DNA of 64,000 bases from Rhodospirillales bacterium (GCA_965198795.1 OZ240674.1:1540522-1604521), one strand, 5' to 3'; counted from the stretch's first letter, positions 51,879-60,887 are shown. A program made the numbers and translations. Notes: generated by a model not told the origin, from the letters alone.

Positions 51879-53869
51879 GAGGTGAAGGCCCCCTCGAAGA
51901 TGTCCTCTCCGTTATAAGCGGAAAGGTCCAGAATCTCTCCCCGGTCAAGAGCCTCGAAATTGATCCTGGCTTTTTCGGTCATCAGATCGATCACTGCGCA
52001 AGCTTCGTTGACGAACAGTTCCCGGAGCCGCTCCCGCTGGCTGTCTTCCACGCGGCTCATGTAGTAGTCGGCGCCGATGTTCATCATGTGGTAAGTGCCC
52101 CGCGTCATCATCGCGGCGAACAACTCCAGTCCCTCTTTCGGCTCCAAAAGGAGCGCCGAGGATTTGACTTGAAAATCCGGTCCATCAAGATGTCCCGCGT
52201 TCCGGAACGCGTCCTTGTAGGCGCCGGCCAGTGTTTCCAGAGACGCGAGCGTTTCTTGAACATTCCAGCAAGCGGCGAACATTTCCTCGGTGAATTCGCC
52301 GAAACTCTCGACAATATCGTTCGTCACTTCCGATTTATCCTTATCCAATGGAGCGAGATCCAGACCGCCGCCCAGCTTCGCGGTGGCGCCGTTCACGTAA
52401 ACGCCGTCGCTGCAATTGAACACCTTGCATCGTTTGTAGCGGTTTATCGCGCGTTGGAGCGAGTCCCGCGCCCAAAATAAGCCGTGAAAAGTATACGCCC
52501 TGCCCCCGAAATTGCCCGGAAGCTCGATACTGAAATCAGGATCCCAGTGGGGAGCGTCCTTTGAGTAATGGTAAACGTCGCCGTGGTGATGACGCTGGCC
52601 TTTCTTGCCCATATCAACGCCGAACATATAGATTTTCCTGAAATCCGCCGACTGAAGGAAAGAAAGCGCCGCGTTGGCCACGGTTGGGTCGGGATCCTCC
52701 AGGGTATGATTGACGTCGTTGCTGAACAGAGCGAACGGGGACAATCCCTGCCTGAAGAAGTAAACGCACCGCTTAAATATTCCCTTGATTTTCAAATCCA
52801 CCGTGACGGGACCGAGAAAAACGATGTCCGACAGGTCAAATTCGCCCGCCGCGTAATTAATGGTTTTATCGACGTCGAGGTTTTCAAGTTCGATATGGAT
52901 GTCGGGTCTGACGCCGGCGCGCAGCAGCGGCATCAGGGCGGTTCCGCAAGAGACAATCAGCGCGTTATTTTGCTGTTCCTTGATCGTCTCGAGATCATTT
53001 GATAGAGACGGACCCGAACCGATTAAAAAAACCGGAATGTTATCTTTATTTTTGTATCTCCGTGTAAATATTCGTGGCCGCCCACTCTTCAGGTTTGTGC
53101 AAGTATTGCTGATCATAAGGTTTTCATCATAGAAAAACCCAAGACCGGAAAGGTAAAGTCTCATGTTTTCCCTGAAATGATATGCCGATTTTTCCAAGAA
53201 AGGAGATTTATAGAGTTGAAATATGGAAACCCCATCCAGGGCGCAGGGATTATGAACTCTGGTCCGGTATCGAAAAATTTCAGCAAAATCGTTATCATTA
53301 TTTGATGGTAATAAAAACAAGTCCACATTATTATCTTGTAATTTTTGCAACAGGGAAAACCAATCCAGGACCGTCACGGAGTGAAAAACAAGTTCAAGGT
53401 TCGGCTCCTGGATCAATATATTGCGGGCGCGAAGCGTGTCGGCCAACTCTTCGATGTGAAGCCCGAGACCCAGGCCAAATAAGCATACATAGTATGAGTC
53501 GGTTGATTTTCTGTTTGGAGAAAACTGAATATTTTCCTCCTCTGCGGCGTCCAACACATTCTTCATGACGCGGCCCGCGTAACTGTCGAACGACGTCGGT
53601 TCTATTTTGTCTAGAGCTATTCTTGTGGGAGTCTCGAAAAAAGCGCTGAGCTTTTCGGCGGCGTAAGCTGCAGCGTCGCCGCCGAAAAAGGCCTTGTCCT
53701 GAAAGTAGATATCAAACGAGCCGTCGTCATGGACGCGGAGTTCCGTCTGGGGGGAGAGAGCGTCCAGTTTTTGCGTGACTTCGGGAAATTTTTGGCGGAA
53801 CGCGAAAAGGTTCCGTTCGCGGCGTTCTTCCAAATCTACGCCCCTCAAATTGATCGTCGGTCCACTCAC
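51875..53869 (-). CDS. maf: Motility accessory factor (Maf, DUF115/MptE-like), a putative flagellin nonulosonic-acid transferase
   Basis: ..IPVFLIGSGPSLSNDLETIKEQQNNALIVSCGTALMPLLRAGVRPDIHIELE.. matches the Maf/DUF115 core as I remember it. The roughly 660-aa size is typical of Maf. Confidence 0.75.
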   Translation of the reverse strand: MSGPTINLRGVDLEERRERNLFAFRQKFPEVTQKLDALSPQTELRVHDDGSFDIYFQDKAFFGGDAAAYAAEKLSAFFETPTRIALDKIEPTSFDSYAGRVMKNVLDAAEEENIQFSPNRKSTDSYYVCLFGLGLGLHIEELADTLRARNILIQEPNLELVFHSVTVLDWFSLLQKLQDNNVDLFLLPSNNDNDFAEIFRYRTRVHNPCALDGVSIFQLYKSPFLEKSAYHFRENMRLYLSGLGFFYDENLMISNTCTNLKSGRPRIFTRRYKNKDNIPVFLIGSGPSLSNDLETIKEQQNNALIVSCGTALMPLLRAGVRPDIHIELENLDVDKTINYAAGEFDLSDIVFLGPVTVDLKIKGIFKRCVYFFRQGLSPFALFSNDVNHTLEDPDPTVANAALSFLQSADFRKIYMFGVDMGKKGQRHHHGDVYHYSKDAPHWDPDFSIELPGNFGGRAYTFHGLFWARDSLQRAINRYKRCKVFNCSDGVYVNGATAKLGGGLDLAPLDKDKSEVTNDIVESFGEFTEEMFAACWNVQETLASLETLAGAYKDAFRNAGHLDGPDFQVKSSALLLEPKEGLELFAAMMTRGTYHMMNIGADYYMSRVEDSQRERLRELFVNEACAVIDLMTEKARINFEALDRGEILDLSAYNGEDIFEGAFTS

Positions 53870-54083
53870 GGTCTTAAATCCTTATCAACCATAACAATAC
53901 GACGCCCGCGCCCATGACCGGACGGGTCGATGAAACATTATGACGACCGAGTTAAAAAATGACAAAGAACGGGATATTAAAAAATCATCGATGCTGAAGA
54001 TAAATTCTAAAAAAATAGATTTTTCGTGACTTTTAGGCCGTATCGAATTAAAATCAATCCATTGTTTTATTAGGAGCGTCCTT

Positions 54084-54914
54084 ATGACCGACGGCCCTTC
54101 CATCGCATCCGTTTTCGCCGCCGTTGGGCAGGCCAATCAACGCGCCCAATTTAATATTCAGTTCAACAATCTTCAGAACACCTTGATTCGGCGGTTCAAC
54201 GAAGACGCCGAGGAGGCTGCGGAGACTCCGTTTTCGGTCGAGCGGGAAATCAACATTCTCGAAGACAACCTCGAAGACCTTACAAACGGCGCCTCGGTGC
54301 TGAGGGAGTTCGGCCAAGGGAACGTGAACAACGCTTCACAGTTGCGGTGGCTGTTGGGCCAAGTAGGAGAGCTTTTTGGGACATTCAACAGCGATGACGC
54401 GGTGACGGCGGAAGAAGTAAGCGCGTTCACGGCCCGGCGTGACGCGATCATTCAACAGGTCAACAATCTGACGATTTTCAGCCACCCCGAGATCGTGACG
54501 CCAAATGTCATTCAGGATTTGAGGGACAGCGCCAACCAACTGGCGTCCGTCGAGCCTCAAGCGGGCGCGCTTTCGGATCCGGCCAACGCCGCCGTGTCCG
54601 AACGATTGACGGCGTTTCGAGACCGAATCACCAACGGCGTCCTTATTTTGCGGAATACGGTCGATGTCGTGAATAACCTGGAAAAAGGCATCACGCGGCA
54701 GGTGACTTCAGTGCGAACGCGGCTTACCTCAATCACGCGCGATGAACGACAGCGGCAGGAAACGGAAATCGAGAATCTCAGGGCCCGGCTGGGTAACCAG
54801 TTGCGCGCCATTTCCCTGACCTTCGAAGCCAACAGCGCCCTGGCGGATCAATTGAATGTTCGATTGAATCCGGCCATTCCCGATCCTGGCTCGGTTGTCA
54901 GCATCCTGACGTAA
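54084..54914 (+). CDS. Hypothetical, apparently helix-rich/possibly coiled-coil protein (276 aa), no recognisable family
   Basis: aggag lies 8 nt upstream of the ATG. Coherent composition rich in helix formers. I saw no signal peptide or TM segment. Divergent from maf across an AT-rich spacer. Confidence 0.5.
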   Translation: MTDGPSIASVFAAVGQANQRAQFNIQFNNLQNTLIRRFNEDAEEAAETPFSVEREINILEDNLEDLTNGASVLREFGQGNVNNASQLRWLLGQVGELFGTFNSDDAVTAEEVSAFTARRDAIIQQVNNLTIFSHPEIVTPNVIQDLRDSANQLASVEPQAGALSDPANAAVSERLTAFRDRITNGVLILRNTVDVVNNLEKGITRQVTSVRTRLTSITRDERQRQETEIENLRARLGNQLRAISLTFEANSALADQLNVRLNPAIPDPGSVVSILT

Positions 54915-54984
54915 GGCTTCCTTTCCGTGGGGGCCGTCCGGGCGCGCCGCATGTTCCGCGGGCAAGACTTCCCGTACCGTTCAT

Positions 54985-57018
54985 TCAGTCGCCGGTTGAA
55001 CCGGCCAACTCCTCGTGACGGTTAATCAGGAATGTGTCCAGCGTCTGGGCCGTGATCAAGGGCTGGGTCAGGGGGGTGCTGTGCAATTCGCCGCGCAGGT
55101 TTTTTCGCAAGGCGGCCAGAGAATCGGGATCACTGACCAGTTGTTCGATTATGCCGGTCATCTCGCGGCGCGTTTCCCCCGAAAGCTGGCCGTTGGCGGC
55201 GGACATCAACACCCCGGAAGCGATCAATCCGGATAAACATGTTTCGCGATGAGAAACCACCGGCACACCCATAATCAAGGCTTCCGCCGTCCGGTAGCCA
55301 TCCGTGCGTCTTCCAAATTCCAGGAAAATATCGACGCTGGCGAAGAATCCCGGGTTTTTGCCATCGGGTAACGGTTCAACGAAATCCCAATCAAAACAGT
55401 CTTCGACGCCGTGATCGGCGGCGATCCGCCGGATGCGCGCGAATATTTCCTCGTCCCGTTTCGGCCCCCAAAGCACGCGCATTCCGGAACCTTCGAATGT
55501 CCGAAGAATATTTGCGACTTCCTCGAAATCCTGCGGCGTGTAATTGAAGAGATCGGCGCGCATACCGAAGGTCGGCGCCCCCTTCGCCACGATTGGGGCG
55601 TCGCCGGCCAGCGGGGACAACGCCTGCGATCCGGTCGTCCAAACGCCCAAAGGCGCGGCGACCAAATGGATGGAATCACGCGCGACCGCCGGCAGAGCGG
55701 CGACGTCGTGTTCGTACGCCAAAAATGAGTTGATGCCGGGCAGGGGGAAGCCATGCTTGAATGGCGGCCAGCACACTCGCATGGGTGCGTCGCTCCGCAG
55801 AAAAAGCTGAGGTCTGGATGGTTCCGTCGATATGGTCGCATCGATCAGAACATCGAGACCATCATTCTTCATTATGAGAGCGACAACTTCATCGTCGAGA
55901 TCTTGGATCTTGCGTGACTGGCTGGCCAATTCGCGCAACTTTTTTGTCATCTCGTCCGAAGACACGCTGTCTTCGTACAAGTGGACCTCGCAGCGGGTTT
56001 TGTTGTGTCCACCCAGAAAATCAGACAAAAACCGGGTCTCTTCGCAATGGTGGGTGGCGTTGGTGAGGTAACCGATGACCAAACGGCGTCCATTGAGAGG
56101 GGCCGGAGCCGGAGGCTCCTTTTCCACACTCAAGGGCGCTCTCTCGTGCATGGCGTCAAGGAAGAGTCGCGCCTCATCCGGATGCGTCGCCGTGAGGCAG
56201 GAACCGCGGACCGCTATCCGGCAAGACAACTCAAAAGAGTCGGGATCAAGTTTCAATGCCTCGCGATGCTGGAGAACGCCTTCCTCGATCTCTCCAATTT
56301 CATAACAGGCTTCGCCCAGCCAATAGCGGAACTCGGCGTTGTTCATGTCCTTTTTCACGCCATGGCTCAGCACGCCGAGCGCTTCCTTGTACAGACCATT
56401 GGTTTGATAGAGCTTTCCAACCGCCAGCAGACAGTCCAAATGGTCGGGATTCAGCCTGAGTTCACGAAGAAACCTGATTTCCGCCTCTTTGAAATCGCGT
56501 TTATCCGCGAACCTGACGCCCCGCGCGTAATCAAGAGACGGTCTTACTTCGGCGGCGGCGTTATAAAATCCCGTCAAATAGTCAGGCAGAAGCCCCTCAA
56601 TCTCGGGATGCGGTTCAAGCACGGTGGACAATTTGGCGAAATAAACGCCATCCGATAGATTTCCGACTTTAGTGTTAAGATTGGCCAGGGCCTCCGCGTA
56701 CTCGTACCTTTCAGGGTCCAGTTCATGAGCCTGCTTAAGAAAAGCTAGAGCACGGCCTTCCTCGCCGAGTTTTACGCTGGCCAGTCCCATAATGAAATAA
56801 AGTTCGGGAGCATCTGGATAGTTCCGAATTTCGACAGCGACTCTGTTTACGACTGTCTCCGTCTCGTCATTTTGGAGTCCTTCCAGAAGCTCGCGGATCA
56901 ATTCCAGGTAAGACAGCTCGGGAGCGATTGTTTCCGACATTTCCGACCCGCCCCCGTCAGACGCGATTCGTCCGGATGATGCGGATTTTTGTCTCGCGCC
57001 ACATGATTTTATGCTCAA
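54985..57018 (-). CDS. TPR-repeat protein fused to a GT41 (SPINDLY/O-GlcNAc-transferase-like) domain
   Basis: TPR repeats (..YFIMGLASVKLGEEGRALAFLKQAHELDP..). C-terminal ..TAEALIMGVPVVSHRETCLSGLIASGVL..LVSDPDSLAALRKNLRGEL..PL.. resembles the COG3914-type OGT C-terminus. Confidence 0.6.
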   Translation of the reverse strand: MSIKSCGARQKSASSGRIASDGGGSEMSETIAPELSYLELIRELLEGLQNDETETVVNRVAVEIRNYPDAPELYFIMGLASVKLGEEGRALAFLKQAHELDPERYEYAEALANLNTKVGNLSDGVYFAKLSTVLEPHPEIEGLLPDYLTGFYNAAAEVRPSLDYARGVRFADKRDFKEAEIRFLRELRLNPDHLDCLLAVGKLYQTNGLYKEALGVLSHGVKKDMNNAEFRYWLGEACYEIGEIEEGVLQHREALKLDPDSFELSCRIAVRGSCLTATHPDEARLFLDAMHERAPLSVEKEPPAPAPLNGRRLVIGYLTNATHHCEETRFLSDFLGGHNKTRCEVHLYEDSVSSDEMTKKLRELASQSRKIQDLDDEVVALIMKNDGLDVLIDATISTEPSRPQLFLRSDAPMRVCWPPFKHGFPLPGINSFLAYEHDVAALPAVARDSIHLVAAPLGVWTTGSQALSPLAGDAPIVAKGAPTFGMRADLFNYTPQDFEEVANILRTFEGSGMRVLWGPKRDEEIFARIRRIAADHGVEDCFDWDFVEPLPDGKNPGFFASVDIFLEFGRRTDGYRTAEALIMGVPVVSHRETCLSGLIASGVLMSAANGQLSGETRREMTGIIEQLVSDPDSLAALRKNLRGELHSTPLTQPLITAQTLDTFLINRHEELAGSTGD

Positions 57019-57020
57019 TT

Positions 57021-57575
57021 CTAAATTTCAGCGTCAATGTGAAGGCGGGAAGGGGCTGAATTTTGGGATTGTTCCGCCTCGACCGGTTCTTCAACCGGAG
57101 CCGCCAACTGTTTTTGTTGAACCTCAACGCTTGAGGCGGAGGCGTTTGAGAGAGACGCAACGAGACCGGCCGCGATGTTTCGGTTGATGTCGATCAGAAC
57201 ATTCATCATCTCCGCCGTGGGTTTGACCATCGCGGCGACCATGTGTTTGTCGATGAATTTGCAAAGCGTCAACATGTTGATCCGCAATTCGGGCGGCACT
57301 TCGGAGCGGTCAGTCGTCAATTCCGCCTGAAAGATTGTCCAAAGACGCCAATTCAGCCGCAAGGCCTGCCGTCTTTCTTGTTTCGATTTTTTTTCGTCGT
57401 TGGGATGCGAGGTTAATGAGAGGGTCATTCGCTTTGCGGCCTCGACGAGGGCCCACGCCTCTGTGCGGGTTGGGTTCCCGGCGATAGGCCGTTGATCGTA
57501 TTTTTTAACCTGCTTGTGATGAGGAGGCATTTCTTGTCTCGTGTCGTCGTCTTCTTGGCTAGCGTTGGTGAACAT
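57021..57575 (-). CDS. flaF: Flagellar biosynthesis regulator FlaF (start may be the internal MPPHH at 57530)
   Basis: ..RTEAWALVEAAKRMT..RRQALRLNWRLWTIFQAELTTDRSEVPPELRINMLTLCKFIDKHM.. fits the FlaF pattern. Position is right after flgL. Confidence 0.7.
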   Translation of the reverse strand: MFTNASQEDDDTRQEMPPHHKQVKKYDQRPIAGNPTRTEAWALVEAAKRMTLSLTSHPNDEKKSKQERRQALRLNWRLWTIFQAELTTDRSEVPPELRINMLTLCKFIDKHMVAAMVKPTAEMMNVLIDINRNIAAGLVASLSNASASSVEVQQKQLAAPVEEPVEAEQSQNSAPSRLHIDAEI

Positions 57576-57647
57576 ATCACGCCATCTTTGAGCAAAGATG
57601 TTGTGATATGGTTAAGAAAAGCGGAGCAAATCGCGAGGAACGCCGTT

Positions 57648-60600
57648 TTACAGGAATTGGAGGAGTGACAATTGCCGGACACGGGAGAAGGTTTGATATG
57701 ACGTTTCCAGTAAACGCTGTTCATTCAAAAGGTTAGTAATGGACTCCAGACGGTCCGCGTTTTCGACTCCCGCGATGCTGGTCTCGAAGAAATCAACAAG
57801 GTCTTCCGAGCGCTTGTTGGTGTCTTTGATGAGCACTCGATTGAACGCAAGCTCCATACGAAGCGTATCTACGTTGTCATTCAATTCCTCGCCGAACGGC
57901 GGCGGTTCGGTGTTCGTCGAGTCAAGCGCGTCGTTCAATAAGTAGAGCGCCTGCGTGACGCGCTCCGGATTCTGGTCCAGGCCGCCCTCGGAGCCATATT
58001 CTCCTTGCAGGATCAGGCGAGCCGCCCGAATGGCTTTTTCGAAGGCGGGGTTCGACGCATTGACGTCGAACTCGATCAATCTGTCGTTGCTTATCCTTTG
58101 ATTAATTGAGAGGTTGTCGCCGTTATAATAGGAATTGGCGGTGATGGCGCCGGATGTTAGCGGCGACGAGAGAAAGCCCGTGGTCGCGGAGCCCGTCGCC
58201 ATCACATCGTCACTCGACATTAAGGTGGCGGTGCTTCCGTCCGTCGAAACCGATTGAATGGTAAAGGTCAAACCGTCATTCGTGGTGCCCGTCCCGAGCA
58301 CTGTGAATTGCGTCCCGGCGGCCAAAAGATTGCCATCGGAGTCCCGGAAATCGCCATTCGACAAAGTGATCGAGTCCGCCGAGCCGCCGCCTTCCGTAAA
58401 GGTTATCGCTTGCTGAACGGTGGCCGCGCCGGTGCTTCGAAGGTTCTCGTTCGTCAGTGTGTCTCCGGTGACCAGCGTCGCGACATTACCCGCCGCATTC
58501 AAGCTCGCGATGGTGAAGGTGCCGTTGTTGTTGGCGGAGCCGGTAATGGTTATCCGGGTGTTCGCCCGCAGAGGATTTCCGTTCGAGTCCGTGAATGTTC
58601 CGTTGGACAGTGTGATCGTATCGGCGCTTGGGTTATTGTCGCTAAATGTGAATGACGGCACAGTAGTGACCGAACCTGCGGCTGTGGCGTCCGTTATGGT
58701 CAGAGCCGGCGAGCCGGCCAGGTCCGCTGTCCTGTTGTTGTTGCTAAGCGACGTGATGGTGAATATCCGGCCATCATTGGCGGTGCCCGTGCCGGCGACC
58801 TGGATCTGAGTTCCCGGCGGCAACGGCGCGCCGGATGAGTCCACGAATGATCCTCCGTTTGACAGGGTGATCCTGTTTGAGCCCAAGTTGGTAAAGGCGA
58901 TATCCGCCGCCGCCGGCGCGTTAAACATGAAGTTCGACGCGGCGGCGGCGTTGAACGTAAAGATCGGCGGGGCTGACGTATCAAATTGCGTCGCCGTATC
59001 CGCGTTGGACAGCGTGCCGGCGACACCCGCGACAGCAGTCACGGAGTCACCGCTTGATAGAGTGATCGTCGCGCCATTGGCCGAAATACCGGCGATGGTG
59101 AACACCTGGTTTCGGTTTGCGCCGGTCGCGGCGCCGCCGACACGGATTCGCTGTCCGATTTCGAAATTACTGAAGACATTGAGAGCGGGACTTGCGGTGA
59201 TCGTGTCCGCATCGGGAGCGTTGTCGTTGAACGTAATGGTCACGTCGGCCTGAAGGTTGGCGGTGTTCGTTGTTTCATTGGTGAGTGTATTCGCCGGTAT
59301 CAATGTCGCTGTCGTTCCATCCGCCGAGACCGAGGCAATGGTGTGCGTAGCGTTGTTCGACATGGTCGTCGTGGTGACGATCTGCGTGCCGCTGGGCAGT
59401 AGATTGCCCAACGAGTCGGTGAAGCGGGCGCCGCCGGTTAATCGAATGGTGTCCGGCGCCGCGCCGTTATCGGTAAAGATCGCCATCTCAGTGCTGGGAG
59501 AGGTGATGGCGAAGGTGAAGACATTGGTGTCGAAGTCAAACGCGTTGGCGCCTTGGATTGTCCCGTTTTGAACAGCGGAGGCCGCGACGACGCTGTCATT
59601 GGCCGAAAGGGTAAGCGTATTGTTGTTGGCGGAGATCGACGCCACGGTGAAGGTGCGCCCGTCGTTGTTCGTCCCGGTGCCTTGAATTTTGATCCTTTGA
59701 CCGACTTCCACCGCGGCGAACGCGTTGGACGCGAGAGGGGCGGTAATACTATCCGGTCCGGCGCCTCCATCGACGAAGTTGATCTGCTGATTGCCGCTAC
59801 CGGCCTTCAGTATCTGGCGTTCGCCCCCTAATGAGGTCAGCCGTTTACTTTGAACTGTCAGATTGGTTCCGTCGTTGGCGGCGACCGTGAAGGTGTTGTT
59901 GTTGCTGGTTGTGCCCGAGATGGCGATCACGCTGCCGACTGGAATGTCGGAAAGAGCGCCAGTTTCCGCCGCTGTGATCGTATTGGTTTGCCGGTCGAAG
60001 GAAACCTCCGCCGTCACGGTTTTATCGACCAGAGGCTCCAAACTTATTGGATAGGTGAATGTGGCGTTCAAGGGGTCGTCCACGGCGCCCGTCTCGTCAG
60101 TCAGTTGTTTGGTGACGACGTCGATGTAAAAGCCGTTCGGATCGACAGCCGCAATTGTGTAAGTCCCGTCATTGACGCCGTTCAAGGTTCCGGAAATGTT
60201 GATCGTGCCGCCGACGTCGGCGTTTTGAAATTGAGCGACGGACGAACTGATCCGGCTGTCGCCGCCACTGGTCGTGCCGGTGAAGGTGAGAAAGTTCGGG
60301 TCAAGAGTGTCAGGGTTGTTATTGATGGTGAAGTCCGCCAGCGCCGCATTGCGGGTCGTTGGAACCGTTACGGTCGAACCATTGAATACGGATTGGAACG
60401 CCGCTTTGGTTGTGAGGCCTAGATCTATGGGTTCGGTTGTCGCTCTGCCGCCTCCGAATATGAAACCGCGGTCGTCCTCGGTGTTCAGCAATCCCTCAAG
60501 ATTCAAGAGCATCCGGAAAGCGTTGTCCTGAATTTTATTTGTCTTGGTTTCGCTGGAAACGCCGAAATTCTGATGATATGTGTTCAGTAGCTTACGAAAA

Positions 60601-60872
60601 TTCCCGATGTCGTCATTGATCCCTTTCAGTGTGGTTTCCTGCACCTTAAGGCGGAGATCGGCAATCTCGTTGTTGGTTTGAAATCTCTCAAGACTGTCGC
60701 GGGTAGTTTCCATATCCAGCAGACGCTGGCTGACGCCGGTCTCCAGACCGCTGTAGACCTGGGCTTTCTTTTGAGATGAGGTCTGTTGATTCAGAGAAAA
60801 TAGATTCGTCTGCGTCAACAACAGCCGGTTAATGATCGCCTGACTGGATGCGAGTGTGCCGAGACGGGTCAT
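57648..60872 (-). CDS. flgL: Hook-filament junction protein FlgL (HAP3), giant 1074-aa form
   Basis: N-terminus MTRLGTLASSQAIINRLLLTQTNLFSLNQQTSSQKKAQVYSGL and C-terminus ..LLNEQRLLETSYQTFSRVRQLSLLQFL are FlgL/flagellin-type termini. Immediately follows flgK. Confidence 0.85.
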   Translation of the reverse strand: MTRLGTLASSQAIINRLLLTQTNLFSLNQQTSSQKKAQVYSGLETGVSQRLLDMETTRDSLERFQTNNEIADLRLKVQETTLKGINDDIGNFRKLLNTYHQNFGVSSETKTNKIQDNAFRMLLNLEGLLNTEDDRGFIFGGGRATTEPIDLGLTTKAAFQSVFNGSTVTVPTTRNAALADFTINNNPDTLDPNFLTFTGTTSGGDSRISSSVAQFQNADVGGTINISGTLNGVNDGTYTIAAVDPNGFYIDVVTKQLTDETGAVDDPLNATFTYPISLEPLVDKTVTAEVSFDRQTNTITAAETGALSDIPVGSVIAISGTTSNNNTFTVAANDGTNLTVQSKRLTSLGGERQILKAGSGNQQINFVDGGAGPDSITAPLASNAFAAVEVGQRIKIQGTGTNNDGRTFTVASISANNNTLTLSANDSVVAASAVQNGTIQGANAFDFDTNVFTFAITSPSTEMAIFTDNGAAPDTIRLTGGARFTDSLGNLLPSGTQIVTTTTMSNNATHTIASVSADGTTATLIPANTLTNETTNTANLQADVTITFNDNAPDADTITASPALNVFSNFEIGQRIRVGGAATGANRNQVFTIAGISANGATITLSSGDSVTAVAGVAGTLSNADTATQFDTSAPPIFTFNAAAASNFMFNAPAAADIAFTNLGSNRITLSNGGSFVDSSGAPLPPGTQIQVAGTGTANDGRIFTITSLSNNNRTADLAGSPALTITDATAAGSVTTVPSFTFSDNNPSADTITLSNGTFTDSNGNPLRANTRITITGSANNNGTFTIASLNAAGNVATLVTGDTLTNENLRSTGAATVQQAITFTEGGGSADSITLSNGDFRDSDGNLLAAGTQFTVLGTGTTNDGLTFTIQSVSTDGSTATLMSSDDVMATGSATTGFLSSPLTSGAITANSYYNGDNLSINQRISNDRLIEFDVNASNPAFEKAIRAARLILQGEYGSEGGLDQNPERVTQALYLLNDALDSTNTEPPPFGEELNDNVDTLRMELAFNRVLIKDTNKRSEDLVDFFETSIAGVENADRLESITNLLNEQRLLETSYQTFSRVRQLSLLQFL
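58217..60280 (-). repeat. Array of at least 8 divergent protein-level repeats (NDG module) forming the FlgL insertion
   Basis: Recurrent pattern [hydrophobic]xxGxxIx[VI]xGTGxxNDGx[FY]T[IV]xSxSxxGxTATL. Examples: GQRIKIQGTGTNNDGRTFTVASISANNNTLTL, GTQIQVAGTGTANDGRIFTITSLSNNNRTADL, GTQFTVLGTGTTNDGLTFTIQSVSTDGSTATL. Coordinates are approximate. Confidence 0.8.
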
Positions 60873-60887
60873 GACATGATCTCCTTC

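Noticed and set aside
52740-54083. Low-GC segment as a mobile genetic element or insertion sequence
   Set aside because: No transposase, integrase, terminal inverted repeats, target duplications or tRNA boundary are visible. The segment lies within an intact maf reading frame and its promoter spacer.
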